A DNA stretch of 63,090 nt, filler included, from Eubacteriales bacterium (lineage in GTDB: Bacteria; Bacillota; Clostridia; Oscillospirales; CAG-382): assembly GCA_045636665.1 (NCBI GenBank). It is 8 parts of 8 records of this genome, joined end to end, with 100 filler letters (N's around TTAATTAATTAA, not from the genome) between each part and the next. Parts side by side here need not be neighbours in the genome. Positions count along the whole stretch, not along the records: positions 18,124 to 48,031 come from JAZTXY010000011.1; 7 more parts are not named here. The stretch is one strand, 5' to 3'. The notes under the pieces are model-generated. The model was not told the origin of the DNA. It saw nothing but the letters and a program-made list of their open reading frames with translations, and ran no database searches. This document shows positions 19,045-29,150 of this stretch, piece after piece. The stretch's first letter is position 1. Every line of letters starts with the position of its first letter. The translations under genes were made by a program, and so were the position numbers.

Positions 19045-19475
19045 TTTTCGCTGCCTTCCGAAAGCACGATTTTGTATTCGGCAATACCGCTTTCAAGATA
19101 TATTTCGGATTCGCCCTCATAAGCATATCCTTCGGGGCAGGAGAGCACCGAAAGCTTATAGCCGTCGGTAATTTCCGCATTAAAGGTCGCAACGCCGTCT
19201 GTGCCGGTTTTTGCGGGGATGCAGGTGTCTTTGCAAAGCTGAACCATAACGTTAGCCACAGGGTTTTCTGATGCGTCAACGACGGTAACCTTGAAGGTTG
19301 CGGTTTGTTGCTCGGTGGAGGTTTCGCTTACGGAAGCGGATTCGTTTTCGGAAACCGCTTTGCTTTCTTCGGTAGATACTGCCGAAGAATCGGTGTTTTC
19401 TGCAGTTTCACTGCCGCAAGCGCAAAGGATCGAGGTAAAGCAAATCAAGAGAAGGATTGCAATTATTTTTTTCAT
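19041..19475 (-). CDS. Small lipoprotein with Ig/Cna-like domain carrying a CxxxC loop
   Basis: Lipobox LCAC; FKVTVVDASENPVANVMVQLCKDTCIPAKT. Confidence 0.85.
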   Translation of the reverse strand: MKKIIAILLLICFTSILCACGSETAENTDSSAVSTEESKAVSENESASVSETSTEQQTATFKVTVVDASENPVANVMVQLCKDTCIPAKTGTDGVATFNAEITDGYKLSVLSCPEGYAYEGESEIYLESGIAEYKIVLSEGSEK

Positions 19476-19492
19476 TTTTTATATCCTTTCAA

Positions 19493-20392
19493 TTAATGAA
19501 TGTCGCTTAAATTACGGTAGGTTTTTTGAGTATATCCGTCCGACACGAAATTCGTAAAGATTCGATTAAAGACTTCCTTGTCGGTGATCATCCCCGTATG
19601 CGAAAAAGCAACCATTCCGTACTTGTCTATAACTATCGTGGTGGGGAAAGCGGAGATTTTAAACATATTCGCCCATTCGCTTTCGCAAGAAAACATGGGG
19701 AATGAAAGTTTCATTTGCTCTGAATATTCCTTAACGGATTCGTTGTTGCCGTCATAAGGATTTATTGCAAGGATTTCAATGTCATCCTTATATTCATCGT
19801 ACGCTTGTTGCATATAAGGAAATTCCATTTTGCAGGGATCGCAGCCGATAAACCAGAAATTAAGAATTACCGCCTTTTTATTCTTTAAAAGCTCGGAAAT
19901 CTTAAATACGTTACCGTTTACGTCGGTTACCGAAAAATCCTTAACAATGTCACCGAGCTTGTAGGTATCGCTTTCGTAATTAGGTTCAAGGAATACCGTT
20001 TCAAGCTTGATTTCGGTGTTTTGCGATACGGGATATTGGCTTTCGGATTTATATCCGTCGGGAATACCCGAAACCGTTGCGATATAATTTTTGGCTGAGT
20101 CGGCTTTGAAGAACATATTGCCGTTATCGTCGGTCGTACCTGCCCAAATAAGGTCTTCCCTATTATCTTCGTCATAAATATAAACCGTGACATTTGCAAA
20201 GCTCATACCGCCGACAGATTTTACGGAAAGAGTATAATCAACAGCATTTTCGGGAACGTCAAAGCTGGATTCTGCACTATCCTTAACCGCAGCCAAGCGC
20301 GCGCTCAGAATAGAGCAGGAGCTTAAAGAAAGCAACGATATTACAGCCGCGAGGAATAAAACGGTAAGTCTTTTAAAAACGTTGCTTTTCAT
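19493..20392 (-). CDS. Lipoprotein, Ig-like domain plus TlpA/redoxin domain
   Basis: Lipobox LSSC; ILNFWFIGCDPCKMEFP; cis-Pro motif FPTTIVIDKYG. Confidence 0.9.
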   Translation of the reverse strand: MKSNVFKRLTVLFLAAVISLLSLSSCSILSARLAAVKDSAESSFDVPENAVDYTLSVKSVGGMSFANVTVYIYDEDNREDLIWAGTTDDNGNMFFKADSAKNYIATVSGIPDGYKSESQYPVSQNTEIKLETVFLEPNYESDTYKLGDIVKDFSVTDVNGNVFKISELLKNKKAVILNFWFIGCDPCKMEFPYMQQAYDEYKDDIEILAINPYDGNNESVKEYSEQMKLSFPMFSCESEWANMFKISAFPTTIVIDKYGMVAFSHTGMITDKEVFNRIFTNFVSDGYTQKTYRNLSDIH

Positions 20393-21672
20393 TATTTTCC
20401 ACCGTTTTCAATATAGCAGCACATAAGAAGCCATGCTATTTCGTTGTTAATATCGGTTAAGTTGTTACCGTCCATATCCTTGAAAAGATAGGTTGCGCTT
20501 TCGGAATCCCACCAGCCTGCATAATCACCGCGTTGCTGAATGATGTACTTAAGGTCTTCGGTGAGAGGATATACGCCTTCGTTTTCATCGACACATTCGA
20601 TGTATTCAAGCAAGCATTCGGAATAGTTTTCTCTTTTTACGAATTCGCCGTTTTCATCGTAGAAATATTTCGAAACACCCGAACGGTCAAGAATGGTTTG
20701 GAAGCACGCGATATATTCGCAATCCTCCGCAAGACGGACAAGAACAAGCGGGCCGTTTGCCGAGTCGAGATGATAAAAGCCGTCTTCCTCATTGAACACA
20801 AGATTATAGGTGTCGGTCGATGCGGTCAAATCGAATTCGCCGAGAGCTGCACCCTCGGGAAGGCTGTATGCATTAAGCTCTACGGTAGTTTTATAAATAG
20901 TCCAGGGCTCATCCTCAATCGTCTTTATCGGGTCGCCGACGCGCTTAATAGTTAAAACGCAGTCTTCCCCGCCGTTTTCAAGCAGATCGATACCAAGAAC
21001 GAAGGTGGAGGTTCCGCCGTCGCCGCTACCTATCATTCCTGCGGCTACAGAAATCCGGAATTTATTATCGGTTACCTCGGCAACGTTATTTGCCTGAACA
21101 AAGTGCGGCGCACCGTAATAACCGATAGCGGTTTTGTCGTTACCGTAAATTGCAAATTCATAAACGCCTGCCGACTTAGGTACAAAAAGGAAATAATTAC
21201 GCACGTCCTTTTTAAGCTTTACATAGGTGCATCCGTCTTCTACAAAATATGCATCAAAGGATTCTTCGCCAAGTGAAAGCACGTTCGGCTCGGTGGTGAT
21301 GTTTTTGGAAATGACTGCCTCTGCTTCGGTGCGTTCTGCGGTAAGCGAAAGGTCGCCATCGATATGATAAGAAGCTTTTTCGTCGGTAAACTTAATATCA
21401 ACGGTATAATTATCCGCCTTTAAGGTTTTTACCGCTTCGCCTTGGTCGTTAATAGGCTGCATCGCAACCATTTGACCGTCTTTAACAAAGTGTACTATAA
21501 CGCCCGATTTTACGGGATCGCCAAATGCATCCTTTACTGTTACCTTATAAGAAAGGTCTTTTTGTTCCGCAGGCGCGGACGATTCGGACTCATTGCCCGA
21601 ACCGCACGCACCGAAGAGCATACAGGATAAAATTGACATTATGATTAATGCAACTGTTATTTTTTTGCTCAT
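20392..21672 (-). CDS. Lipoprotein, Ig-like domain plus uncharacterised C-terminal WLxxCxY domain
   Basis: Lipobox FGAC; FNEEDGFYHL..NGPLVLV..EGVYPLTEDL..AWLLMCCY. Confidence 0.85.
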   Translation of the reverse strand: MSKKITVALIIMSILSCMLFGACGSGNESESSAPAEQKDLSYKVTVKDAFGDPVKSGVIVHFVKDGQMVAMQPINDQGEAVKTLKADNYTVDIKFTDEKASYHIDGDLSLTAERTEAEAVISKNITTEPNVLSLGEESFDAYFVEDGCTYVKLKKDVRNYFLFVPKSAGVYEFAIYGNDKTAIGYYGAPHFVQANNVAEVTDNKFRISVAAGMIGSGDGGTSTFVLGIDLLENGGEDCVLTIKRVGDPIKTIEDEPWTIYKTTVELNAYSLPEGAALGEFDLTASTDTYNLVFNEEDGFYHLDSANGPLVLVRLAEDCEYIACFQTILDRSGVSKYFYDENGEFVKRENYSECLLEYIECVDENEGVYPLTEDLKYIIQQRGDYAGWWDSESATYLFKDMDGNNLTDINNEIAWLLMCCYIENGGK

Positions 21673-21692
21673 TTTAATTACCTGCTTCCCTA

Positions 21693-24515
21693 TTATTTAG
21701 CCGACTTGGCAGGACCGAGGTAATCGTAATAGTAGCAAACCTTCAACCACGAATTTTCAACGTTTTCGAAGGTATACTTATCCATAAGCATACTAAGAAT
21801 TTCAGCAAGTCTTTCGTCAACCTCAACACAGCCGTCGCGCTCGTCCTTGGTTTTGAGGATCTTCTTTGCGTACTCACGCATTTCATTTGTAAGATCCTCG
21901 CCATTGCCGTGATAACGGCCTGCAAAAACGTCGTCTATTTGATAAATTTCCGCGTTTGCATCGTATTCTTCGCCCCAAAGTCGTTTGAGGTATTCAATAG
22001 TCTTATCAACGTCGTTATCGTTTTGCTTGAAGTATGCCAAAATTTCGCCGTCGGTTTCGGATTTCGAGAAATCGAAGCCGTTCATTTCGATCATTTCGAT
22101 AATCGACTGACTGAAAACGGTGGTTATTCCGGTGAAGTCGGCGTAAATCATAGAACCGTCTTCGGAATCGTAGTACTTACCGTTTTTCAATTCGGGAGTA
22201 ATACCGCCCGAGATTACGTCATACATTACGTCGCCGGTTTCATTACCGTCATAGGTGAAATAACCGGGAGCCGCGCAACGGAAAAGCTCGAAGGTGCTTC
22301 CCAAATATTCAACGTCGTAATAGATATAACCGGTCGCATAAATATCCCAGAACGCCATATTGACGTAATAGGGCTTACCTGCTTCCATATAGTATACTAT
22401 CGAGCAGTTAATGCTGTCGGTATACATTCTTTCGTCGTGCTCGTAGGTGTAGATTATGTTGCCGTTTTCATCGAACAGCCAAGCATCGATACCGTCCTTA
22501 TAGTCACTCTTGGAGGTGAAACGGTATACACCGGATTTAGAGGGAACAAATTCAGAAAACAGTCCGCGCGGATGGATTGCTCTGTCATAATAGAAATAGT
22601 TGGTTTCAACGTTCTTACCAAGCTTGGTTACAAACGCGCTGGACGGAGAAAGTCCCTTAATCGGGTCTTGAAGCTGATTGCTTGTGGGGCCGAATACCTC
22701 ATAATATACACATATTTTGAGCCATTCGTTCTCATCGCCGTCAAAGCCCGCAACCTCGGATACCTGCTTGAGCATTTCTGCCAATTCCTTATTTACGGTA
22801 CAAATACCGCCGAGCGACGAGTTGGATGCATAAGAGAAATATCTTACCATTCCCTTGCCGCCGTTTTCTTTATCGTAAAGACTTACGCCGTCTTTATCTG
22901 CATCGCCGTTGTAAACGATTTCGTAAACCGAGGATTCTTCGTTAAACTGCGAGTAGTTCATAAGGTTAGCGAGAAGGAGAGGTCCGTTTTCGTTACCAAC
23001 GTGGTAATAACCGTCTTTTTCGTTGAAAACAATGCTTACGTATTCATAGCTGCCGTCTTCCTTGGAAACTGCCGCTTCACGGGGAAGGAAGGTTTCGACG
23101 TCGATATCCTTAACGTCAACAACACGCATATTATCGATATAAACGGTGTCGTCGCCCTCGCTGCTATCGCTGTCCTTGGTAAAGCAAAGCGCGATTTCGT
23201 AAGTGCCGTCTTCTTCGGCAACGCAGGGATAACAGGATTTCCACTCATCATTTTCGGAAACGCCCGATATTTGGAATACGTCATCGCCGTTTACGATTAC
23301 GTAAAGCACGTCGCAAAGGCGTTCGCTCGATGAGAAATAATCAAATCCGAATGCCTGACCTGCTTTAAGAGTAACATCGGCATAGATGATGGCATAGGAA
23401 TCGTCGATACCGATGTTGGATGCGCAGATTACCGATTCGCCAAGCTTTTCGGTGATAACGAAGGGCCAGATGTATTCTGCATTTTCATCTTCTGTTTCTG
23501 CGCGGTAATTGATTTCGAGCTCATCCTTATTAATAGCTTCTGCGATAGCGCTCGATTCGGGCATAGTTTTGTTGGGCTTGATGCGGTCAACAAGCTCGCC
23601 GATGCCGTTATAGCAGATTTTTTGGGTATAATCATCGGCAATAAAGTGCTCAAACGCGCTTACAAAGGGTCGTTTGCTTGTAATTGCGCCTGCTTCGATA
23701 ACACAAATAGTGCCGTAGCGGTCGATAAATACCGATGTGGGGTAGCCCGTAACAGAGAAGGTGTTTGCCCAAGAGGAAGGACAGGATGCCATCGGGAAAT
23801 CAAGACCGTGCTGAGCTTGGAACGCTTTTACGGCGTTGTTATCGTCAAGCGGGTCGATTGCGATGATTTCGATATCATCCTTATATTGAGCATAAACCTC
23901 GTTCATTATGGGGAATTCCTCCAAGCACCACGAGCAAGTGGTGTACCAAAAATTAAGCATAACCGCTTTTTTGGTTTTGAGGACTTCGGAAAGCTTGATT
24001 TCCTCGCCGTCGGGAGTGGTTACCGAGAAATCATACATAACGTCGCCGGTCTTAAGACTTGCGGATGCAAGATCGCCGTCGGTGATAAGTCCAGATTCCA
24101 AAACGATGGTAGCGCTTTCGCCGGTAAAGGAATAGAACTTTTCAACCTTATATCCCTTGGGGGGTGTGGAAATTACTATTGCGTATTCGCTGCTTTTGTT
24201 CAAGCTAAAGCTTGCTTCGCCGGCTTCGTTGGTTTTAGCGTAACCTGCAAGGTCGGTCAATTGGTTATTGGTATAAACGTGAATATCCAATCCCGAAAGA
24301 GCGATTCCGCTTGCCGACTTAACACGAACCGAATAGGTGGTGTTGATACCAAGCGCGCTTTCTTCGGTGCTTTGGTTATCGGTTATTTCTTCCCCACCGC
24401 AAGCGACGAGTGCCGAAATACACATAATTGCGACTAAAAGGCAAGCCAAAAGACGAATCGATTTCTTTGCTTCAACCGTCTTATTTTGTTTGCCAGATTT
24501 TTTTGTGTTTAACAT
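21693..24515 (-). CDS. Large lipoprotein: Ig-like domain, TlpA/redoxin domain, two WLxxCxY domains (940 aa)
   Basis: Lipobox LVAC; MLNFWYTTCSWCLEEFP, YPTSVFIDRYG; EWLKICVYY and SWLKVCYYY. Confidence 0.9.
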   Translation of the reverse strand: MLNTKKSGKQNKTVEAKKSIRLLACLLVAIMCISALVACGGEEITDNQSTEESALGINTTYSVRVKSASGIALSGLDIHVYTNNQLTDLAGYAKTNEAGEASFSLNKSSEYAIVISTPPKGYKVEKFYSFTGESATIVLESGLITDGDLASASLKTGDVMYDFSVTTPDGEEIKLSEVLKTKKAVMLNFWYTTCSWCLEEFPIMNEVYAQYKDDIEIIAIDPLDDNNAVKAFQAQHGLDFPMASCPSSWANTFSVTGYPTSVFIDRYGTICVIEAGAITSKRPFVSAFEHFIADDYTQKICYNGIGELVDRIKPNKTMPESSAIAEAINKDELEINYRAETEDENAEYIWPFVITEKLGESVICASNIGIDDSYAIIYADVTLKAGQAFGFDYFSSSERLCDVLYVIVNGDDVFQISGVSENDEWKSCYPCVAEEDGTYEIALCFTKDSDSSEGDDTVYIDNMRVVDVKDIDVETFLPREAAVSKEDGSYEYVSIVFNEKDGYYHVGNENGPLLLANLMNYSQFNEESSVYEIVYNGDADKDGVSLYDKENGGKGMVRYFSYASNSSLGGICTVNKELAEMLKQVSEVAGFDGDENEWLKICVYYEVFGPTSNQLQDPIKGLSPSSAFVTKLGKNVETNYFYYDRAIHPRGLFSEFVPSKSGVYRFTSKSDYKDGIDAWLFDENGNIIYTYEHDERMYTDSINCSIVYYMEAGKPYYVNMAFWDIYATGYIYYDVEYLGSTFELFRCAAPGYFTYDGNETGDVMYDVISGGITPELKNGKYYDSEDGSMIYADFTGITTVFSQSIIEMIEMNGFDFSKSETDGEILAYFKQNDNDVDKTIEYLKRLWGEEYDANAEIYQIDDVFAGRYHGNGEDLTNEMREYAKKILKTKDERDGCVEVDERLAEILSMLMDKYTFENVENSWLKVCYYYDYLGPAKSAK

Positions 24516-24555
24516 AAAATATGCGTCCTTTACATTATTATTAAATTTTTAAGAG

Positions 24556-24810
24556 TTAACGCATTGACAAGAAGATGAGTGCAACGATTCCGTAAGCCAC
24601 CAAAAGAAAGCCGATAACAACAAGCATTGGCTTGAACATCATTCTGACGGCACTCCAATAGGTGCGCCAAATATCCCTTGCGCTCGAAACGGTTCCGCGT
24701 TTTTTCCACGCTTTACCGCCGCTCACACCGGACATATCGGCAATCGTGCTTCCGTCATCGATATAAATGATTTTTTCTTTCTTTTCCTTTTTTGACTTCT
24801 TATTAAACAT
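24556..24810 (-). CDS. Small single-pass membrane protein
   Basis: YIDDGSTIADMSGV motif and C-terminal TM; within the operon (alternative start 24816). Confidence 0.75.
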   Translation of the reverse strand: MFNKKSKKEKKEKIIYIDDGSTIADMSGVSGGKAWKKRGTVSSARDIWRTYWSAVRMMFKPMLVVIGFLLVAYGIVALIFLSMR

Positions 24811-24830
24811 GTGCATTCATCCGTTTGAAT

Positions 24831-25832
24831 TTACTTTTCCAACAAATGGCAAGCCACAAAATGGCCGTTGCCGTAATCCTTGTATTGGGGTACTTCTTCC
24901 TTGCACTTATCGGTTGCATAGGGGCAACGGGTGTGGAATCGGCATCCTTTGGGAGGATTTGCAGGCGAGGGAATATCGCCCTTTAATATAATACGGTTCA
25001 TTTTAAGATCGGGATCGGGTTGGGGGATAGCCGAGAAAAGCGCTTGAGTATAAGGATGCAAGGGATTTGCAAAAATATCCTCTTTAGTGCCGAATTCGAC
25101 CATCGAGCCGAGATACATTACGCCGATCTTGTCGGAAATGAACTTAACGACCGAAAGGTCATGAGATATAAACACGTAAGTAAGGTTCATATCCTTTTGT
25201 AATTGCTTTAACAGATTGATTATCTGTGCTTGTATCGACACGTCGAGCGCAGAAACGGGCTCGTCGCAGATAACCAATTTCGGTTTGACCGAAAGCGCGC
25301 GGGCAATACAGATTCTTTGACGCTGTCCGCCCGAAAATTCGTGAGGATAGCGTTCGTAATAGTAATCGCGAAGACCGCATTTTTCCATAAGGTCGAGCAC
25401 GTAATCCTTTACCTCGCCCTTGGGTACGATATTATGTACCGTGACGGGCTCGGAAAGTATTCCGCCGACAGTGCTTCTCGGAGGAAGCGAGGAATAGGGG
25501 TCTTGGAAGATTATTTGCATCTGCTTGCGAATTTCGCGCATTTGCTTGGGCTTTAAATCTGTAATGTCAACACCGTCGAAGATAATTCTTCCGCCCGATG
25601 CGCTGTGGAGCTTTAAAATAGTTCTGCCGAGTGTGGTTTTTCCGCATCCCGACTCCCCTACTATACCGAGCGTTTCGCCTGCTTTAAGAGTAAACGAAAC
25701 GTCATCGACCGCAACAAGCTCTTGGGTTACCTTGCCCGTTACCGTTTTCTTTAAAGGGAAGCATTTACGGAGGTTTCTGACTTCAAGTATATTTTCGTTT
25801 GTTTTGTTTTCGTTATTTAATACTTCAGCCAT
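24831..25832 (-). CDS. oppF: Oligopeptide ABC transporter ATP-binding protein
   Basis: GESGCGKT, FQDPYSSL, YPHEFSGGQRQR, GDIPSPANPPKGCRFHTRC. Confidence 0.92.
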   Translation of the reverse strand: MAEVLNNENKTNENILEVRNLRKCFPLKKTVTGKVTQELVAVDDVSFTLKAGETLGIVGESGCGKTTLGRTILKLHSASGGRIIFDGVDITDLKPKQMREIRKQMQIIFQDPYSSLPPRSTVGGILSEPVTVHNIVPKGEVKDYVLDLMEKCGLRDYYYERYPHEFSGGQRQRICIARALSVKPKLVICDEPVSALDVSIQAQIINLLKQLQKDMNLTYVFISHDLSVVKFISDKIGVMYLGSMVEFGTKEDIFANPLHPYTQALFSAIPQPDPDLKMNRIILKGDIPSPANPPKGCRFHTRCPYATDKCKEEVPQYKDYGNGHFVACHLLEK

Positions 25833-25834
25833 TT

Positions 25835-26983
25835 TTAATCCTCCTCTCCGTAAAGATGGCATGCAACGAAATGGTTAGGCGATACCTCGACCATTTGAGG
25901 GTAAGCGCCCGAGCATTTACCGATACATTTACCGCATCTTTCCTTGAAATAGCAGTGATTGGGCATATTTACGGGGTTAGGCACGTTGCCGGGGATATTA
26001 AACAGCGTATCGCTGTCGGAATTAAGCGTGGGCTTTGATTTTTGAAGACCTATTGTATAAGGATGCAAGGGATTATGGAAAATTTCCGAAACGGGACCCT
26101 TTTCGATAACTCTGCCCGCATACATTACAATAACGTAATCAGCCATTTCGGCGATTATGCCAAGGTCGTGAGTGATAAGCATTATCGAGCCGTCGATTCG
26201 CGTTTTAAGGTCGCGAAGAAGGTCGAGAATCTGAGCTTGGATGGTAACGTCGAGCGCGGTGGTAGGCTCGTCGGCGATGATAAGACGGGGGTCGCTTGCA
26301 AGTGCCATCGAAATCATTACTCTTTGACGCATACCGCCCGAAAGCTCGTGGGGATATGAGTTGTAAACACGTTCGGGCATTGCGATACCGACAAGATCAA
26401 GCATTTGAAGCGACTTTTCCTTTGCTTCTTCCTTTGTCGCTTCGGGGCGGTTGATAAAGGTTACCTCATCAAGCTGTTGACCGATGGTGAAAACGGGGTT
26501 TAACGAAGTCATCGGTTCTTGGAAAATCATTGCGATTTGATTACCGCGGATTTTATGGATATCATCCATCGGCATTTTCGCAATATCGTAAATTTTGGTT
26601 TCTCCGTTGTCAAGCTTTGCATTAAAACGGATACTGCCCGAATAGATTTGACCGGTAGGTCCTTGAACAAGACGCATAACCGACATACTGGTAACCGATT
26701 TGCCGCATCCCGACTCCCCTACTACGCCTACCGTTGTATTTTTGGGAATATCAAACGACACGCCGTTTACAGCCTTTACAACACCTTGCTCGGTGAAGAA
26801 ATAGGTGTGCAGATTGTCGATTTCCAATATATTGTTCGGATTTGACATATGACCGAGATATTCGGTTTCATCTGCTTTGCGGTTTTTGTATGCTTCGAGC
26901 TTTTTGATAATCTTTTTGTTTTGCTTTGCGATAGCGCGTACTTCTTTACCCGTGAGGCGGTTTGCATTTTTAGTTTTACTCAT
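25835..26983 (-). CDS. oppD: Oligopeptide ABC transporter ATP-binding protein
   Basis: GESGCGKS, FQEPMTSLNP, LSGGMRQR, DEPTTALDVTIQAQI. Confidence 0.92.
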   Translation of the reverse strand: MSKTKNANRLTGKEVRAIAKQNKKIIKKLEAYKNRKADETEYLGHMSNPNNILEIDNLHTYFFTEQGVVKAVNGVSFDIPKNTTVGVVGESGCGKSVTSMSVMRLVQGPTGQIYSGSIRFNAKLDNGETKIYDIAKMPMDDIHKIRGNQIAMIFQEPMTSLNPVFTIGQQLDEVTFINRPEATKEEAKEKSLQMLDLVGIAMPERVYNSYPHELSGGMRQRVMISMALASDPRLIIADEPTTALDVTIQAQILDLLRDLKTRIDGSIMLITHDLGIIAEMADYVIVMYAGRVIEKGPVSEIFHNPLHPYTIGLQKSKPTLNSDSDTLFNIPGNVPNPVNMPNHCYFKERCGKCIGKCSGAYPQMVEVSPNHFVACHLYGEED

Positions 26984-26986
26984 AAC

Positions 26987-28129
26987 CTATCTCCTCGCTT
27001 TCGGGTCAAGTGCGTCGCGCAAGCCGTCGCCGATAAAGTTGAAGCCCAACACGGCGATGACTATACAGATACCTGCGGGTACCCAGACGTTTAAATGGTT
27101 TTGAAGGATATCCTGATCCTGCGAAATGATGTTGATCATTGTACCCCAAGCGGCGTAAGGTGCTTTAACGCCGAGGTTGAGGTAGGAAAGCGTTGCTTCG
27201 TAGAGAATCATACTACCAAGACTCAAGCTCATTTGAACGATCAGCTGGGGCATTACGTTAGGAACAAGGTGCTTAAATATTTTACGGGGTACCGAATAGC
27301 CCATCGCTTCTGCCGCTACCATATATTCCTGCTCGCGGAGAGAAAGAATCTGACCTCTTACAAGACGTGCGGTGCCGGGCCAAGAAATGAACGTTAAGTA
27401 AATCATAAGGAGATAAATGCGGTATTTTGCGTCGATATCCGATGCGTCGAGTATCGTGCTGATAATAAGCAATATCGGAATACCGGGCAAGCAGATAAGA
27501 ATATCGCAAAGACGCATTATGACATTATCGATAACGCCGCCGAAATAACCTGCGATACCGCCCATAATAACGCCTAATACGGTGATAAGGAATACCGCAA
27601 GGAAGCTTACGATAAGCGAGATTCTGCCGCCGTACATAAGGCGAACGAAAATATCGTAGCCCTGATTGTCGGTGCCGAGCAGATGCTCACTCGAGGGAGG
27701 AGCAAGCATATTGTCCTCAATCTTTGTTTCGGTCGTTTGACGGAGAGTGTAGGTTATTCCGTTTACGGTATAAGTCGTTTCCGAAACGGCGTATTCGGTC
27801 ATACCTCTTTTGTCAAGCTCGATTTCGCCCCATTTACCGTCGTTTTCGTGATAGACGTAGGTGATTATAGGATCACCGTTTTCATCAAGTATGGGGTTGC
27901 CGTTTGCATCGGTTTGAACTACTTCATCGGGCAAATCCGCAACGAAATAGGGACCTGCGAAGCTGAAAAGGAACAAGCTTACGACCATTACCAGACCGAT
28001 TATACTCAAACGCGAACGGAAAAAGCGACGTACAACCATTCGCGTCGGAGACATAAGACGGACGTTTTTATCAAGAGGCGCTTCGGTATCATTGGTTTGG
28101 GTTGTTTCAACCTTGGTTTGTTCTTCCAT
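26987..28129 (-). CDS. oppC: Oligopeptide ABC transporter permease
   Basis: HLLGTD..G.D, ARLVRGQILSLREQEY..AA, FNFIGDGLRDALDP. Confidence 0.92.
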   Translation of the reverse strand: MEEQTKVETTQTNDTEAPLDKNVRLMSPTRMVVRRFFRSRLSIIGLVMVVSLFLFSFAGPYFVADLPDEVVQTDANGNPILDENGDPIITYVYHENDGKWGEIELDKRGMTEYAVSETTYTVNGITYTLRQTTETKIEDNMLAPPSSEHLLGTDNQGYDIFVRLMYGGRISLIVSFLAVFLITVLGVIMGGIAGYFGGVIDNVIMRLCDILICLPGIPILLIISTILDASDIDAKYRIYLLMIYLTFISWPGTARLVRGQILSLREQEYMVAAEAMGYSVPRKIFKHLVPNVMPQLIVQMSLSLGSMILYEATLSYLNLGVKAPYAAWGTMINIISQDQDILQNHLNVWVPAGICIVIAVLGFNFIGDGLRDALDPKARR

Positions 28130-28142
28130 ATCGAATGCCTCC

Positions 28143-29135
28143 TTACTCTAATTTAACTCTCGGGTCGACAAGACCGTACATAAGGTCGGCAAGTAATACG
28201 CCGATAACGCTTAACAGCGCAAGGAACATATTATAGCCCATTATAAACGGAATGTCGCCGCGATTCATTGCGTCAAGCGCAATATTACCGATACCGGGAA
28301 GGTCGAACACCTGCTCGGTGATGATAGCACCCGAAAAGAGCGAGGGCAACAAGCCTGCAAGAGAGGTTACCATGGGAATAAGCGTGTTACGGAAAGCGTG
28401 CTTGTTGATAACCACCTTTTCCTTTAAGCCCTTTGCGCGTGCGGTACGAATATAATCGGAATTCATTACTTCCAACATATTTGTTCTTGTCATTCTCATT
28501 CTTGCGCCGATGCTGAGGATTACTATGGTAAGAATGGGAATGAAGCAGTGCATTGCATAGTCGCCGAGCAACGCAAGTCCCGAGTTGGATGCCGTTGCAT
28601 CGATAAGTCCCGATGCAGGGAACCAACCGAGCTTCAATGCAAGAAAATCCTTAAGCATCTGTCCGAAGAAGAACGACGGAAGCGAGATACCGACCATTAC
28701 CAAAACGGTAACGATATAATCGCGCAAGCTGTATTGATGCTTTGCGGCTGTAATACCGAGCGGTATTGCAATTAAAAATTCAAATACGGTAGCAATCAAA
28801 GCGATTGCAAAGGAAATTCCCATATGCTCGAAAATTACGTCTGCAACGGGTATACCGTAAACAAAGCTGGTACCCAAATCAAAGGTTGCCAACGCACCGA
28901 GCCAACTGAAATATCCCTTTAATATACCAAGAAAGCTGTTATCGCCGAGTCCGTACATTTCGTACATGGCGTTTACCGTTTCCTCGCTTACCGTTGCGCC
29001 GCCTTGATTTATTGCATTGATTTTGTCCTGAATAAAATCAACCGGCATTAAACGGATGAGGAAATAGATTATCAACGAAACGCCAAGCAATATCAAAACG
29101 GACATCGCTAATCGTTTAATAATATATTTCAGCAT
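28143..29135 (-). CDS. oppB: Oligopeptide ABC transporter permease
   Basis: MLKYIIKRL, DYIRTARAKGL, KHAFRN, ADLMYGLVDPR. Confidence 0.92.
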   Translation of the reverse strand: MLKYIIKRLAMSVLILLGVSLIIYFLIRLMPVDFIQDKINAINQGGATVSEETVNAMYEMYGLGDNSFLGILKGYFSWLGALATFDLGTSFVYGIPVADVIFEHMGISFAIALIATVFEFLIAIPLGITAAKHQYSLRDYIVTVLVMVGISLPSFFFGQMLKDFLALKLGWFPASGLIDATASNSGLALLGDYAMHCFIPILTIVILSIGARMRMTRTNMLEVMNSDYIRTARAKGLKEKVVINKHAFRNTLIPMVTSLAGLLPSLFSGAIITEQVFDLPGIGNIALDAMNRGDIPFIMGYNMFLALLSVIGVLLADLMYGLVDPRVKLE

Positions 29136-29150
29136 TTTTAGCTCCGATTC

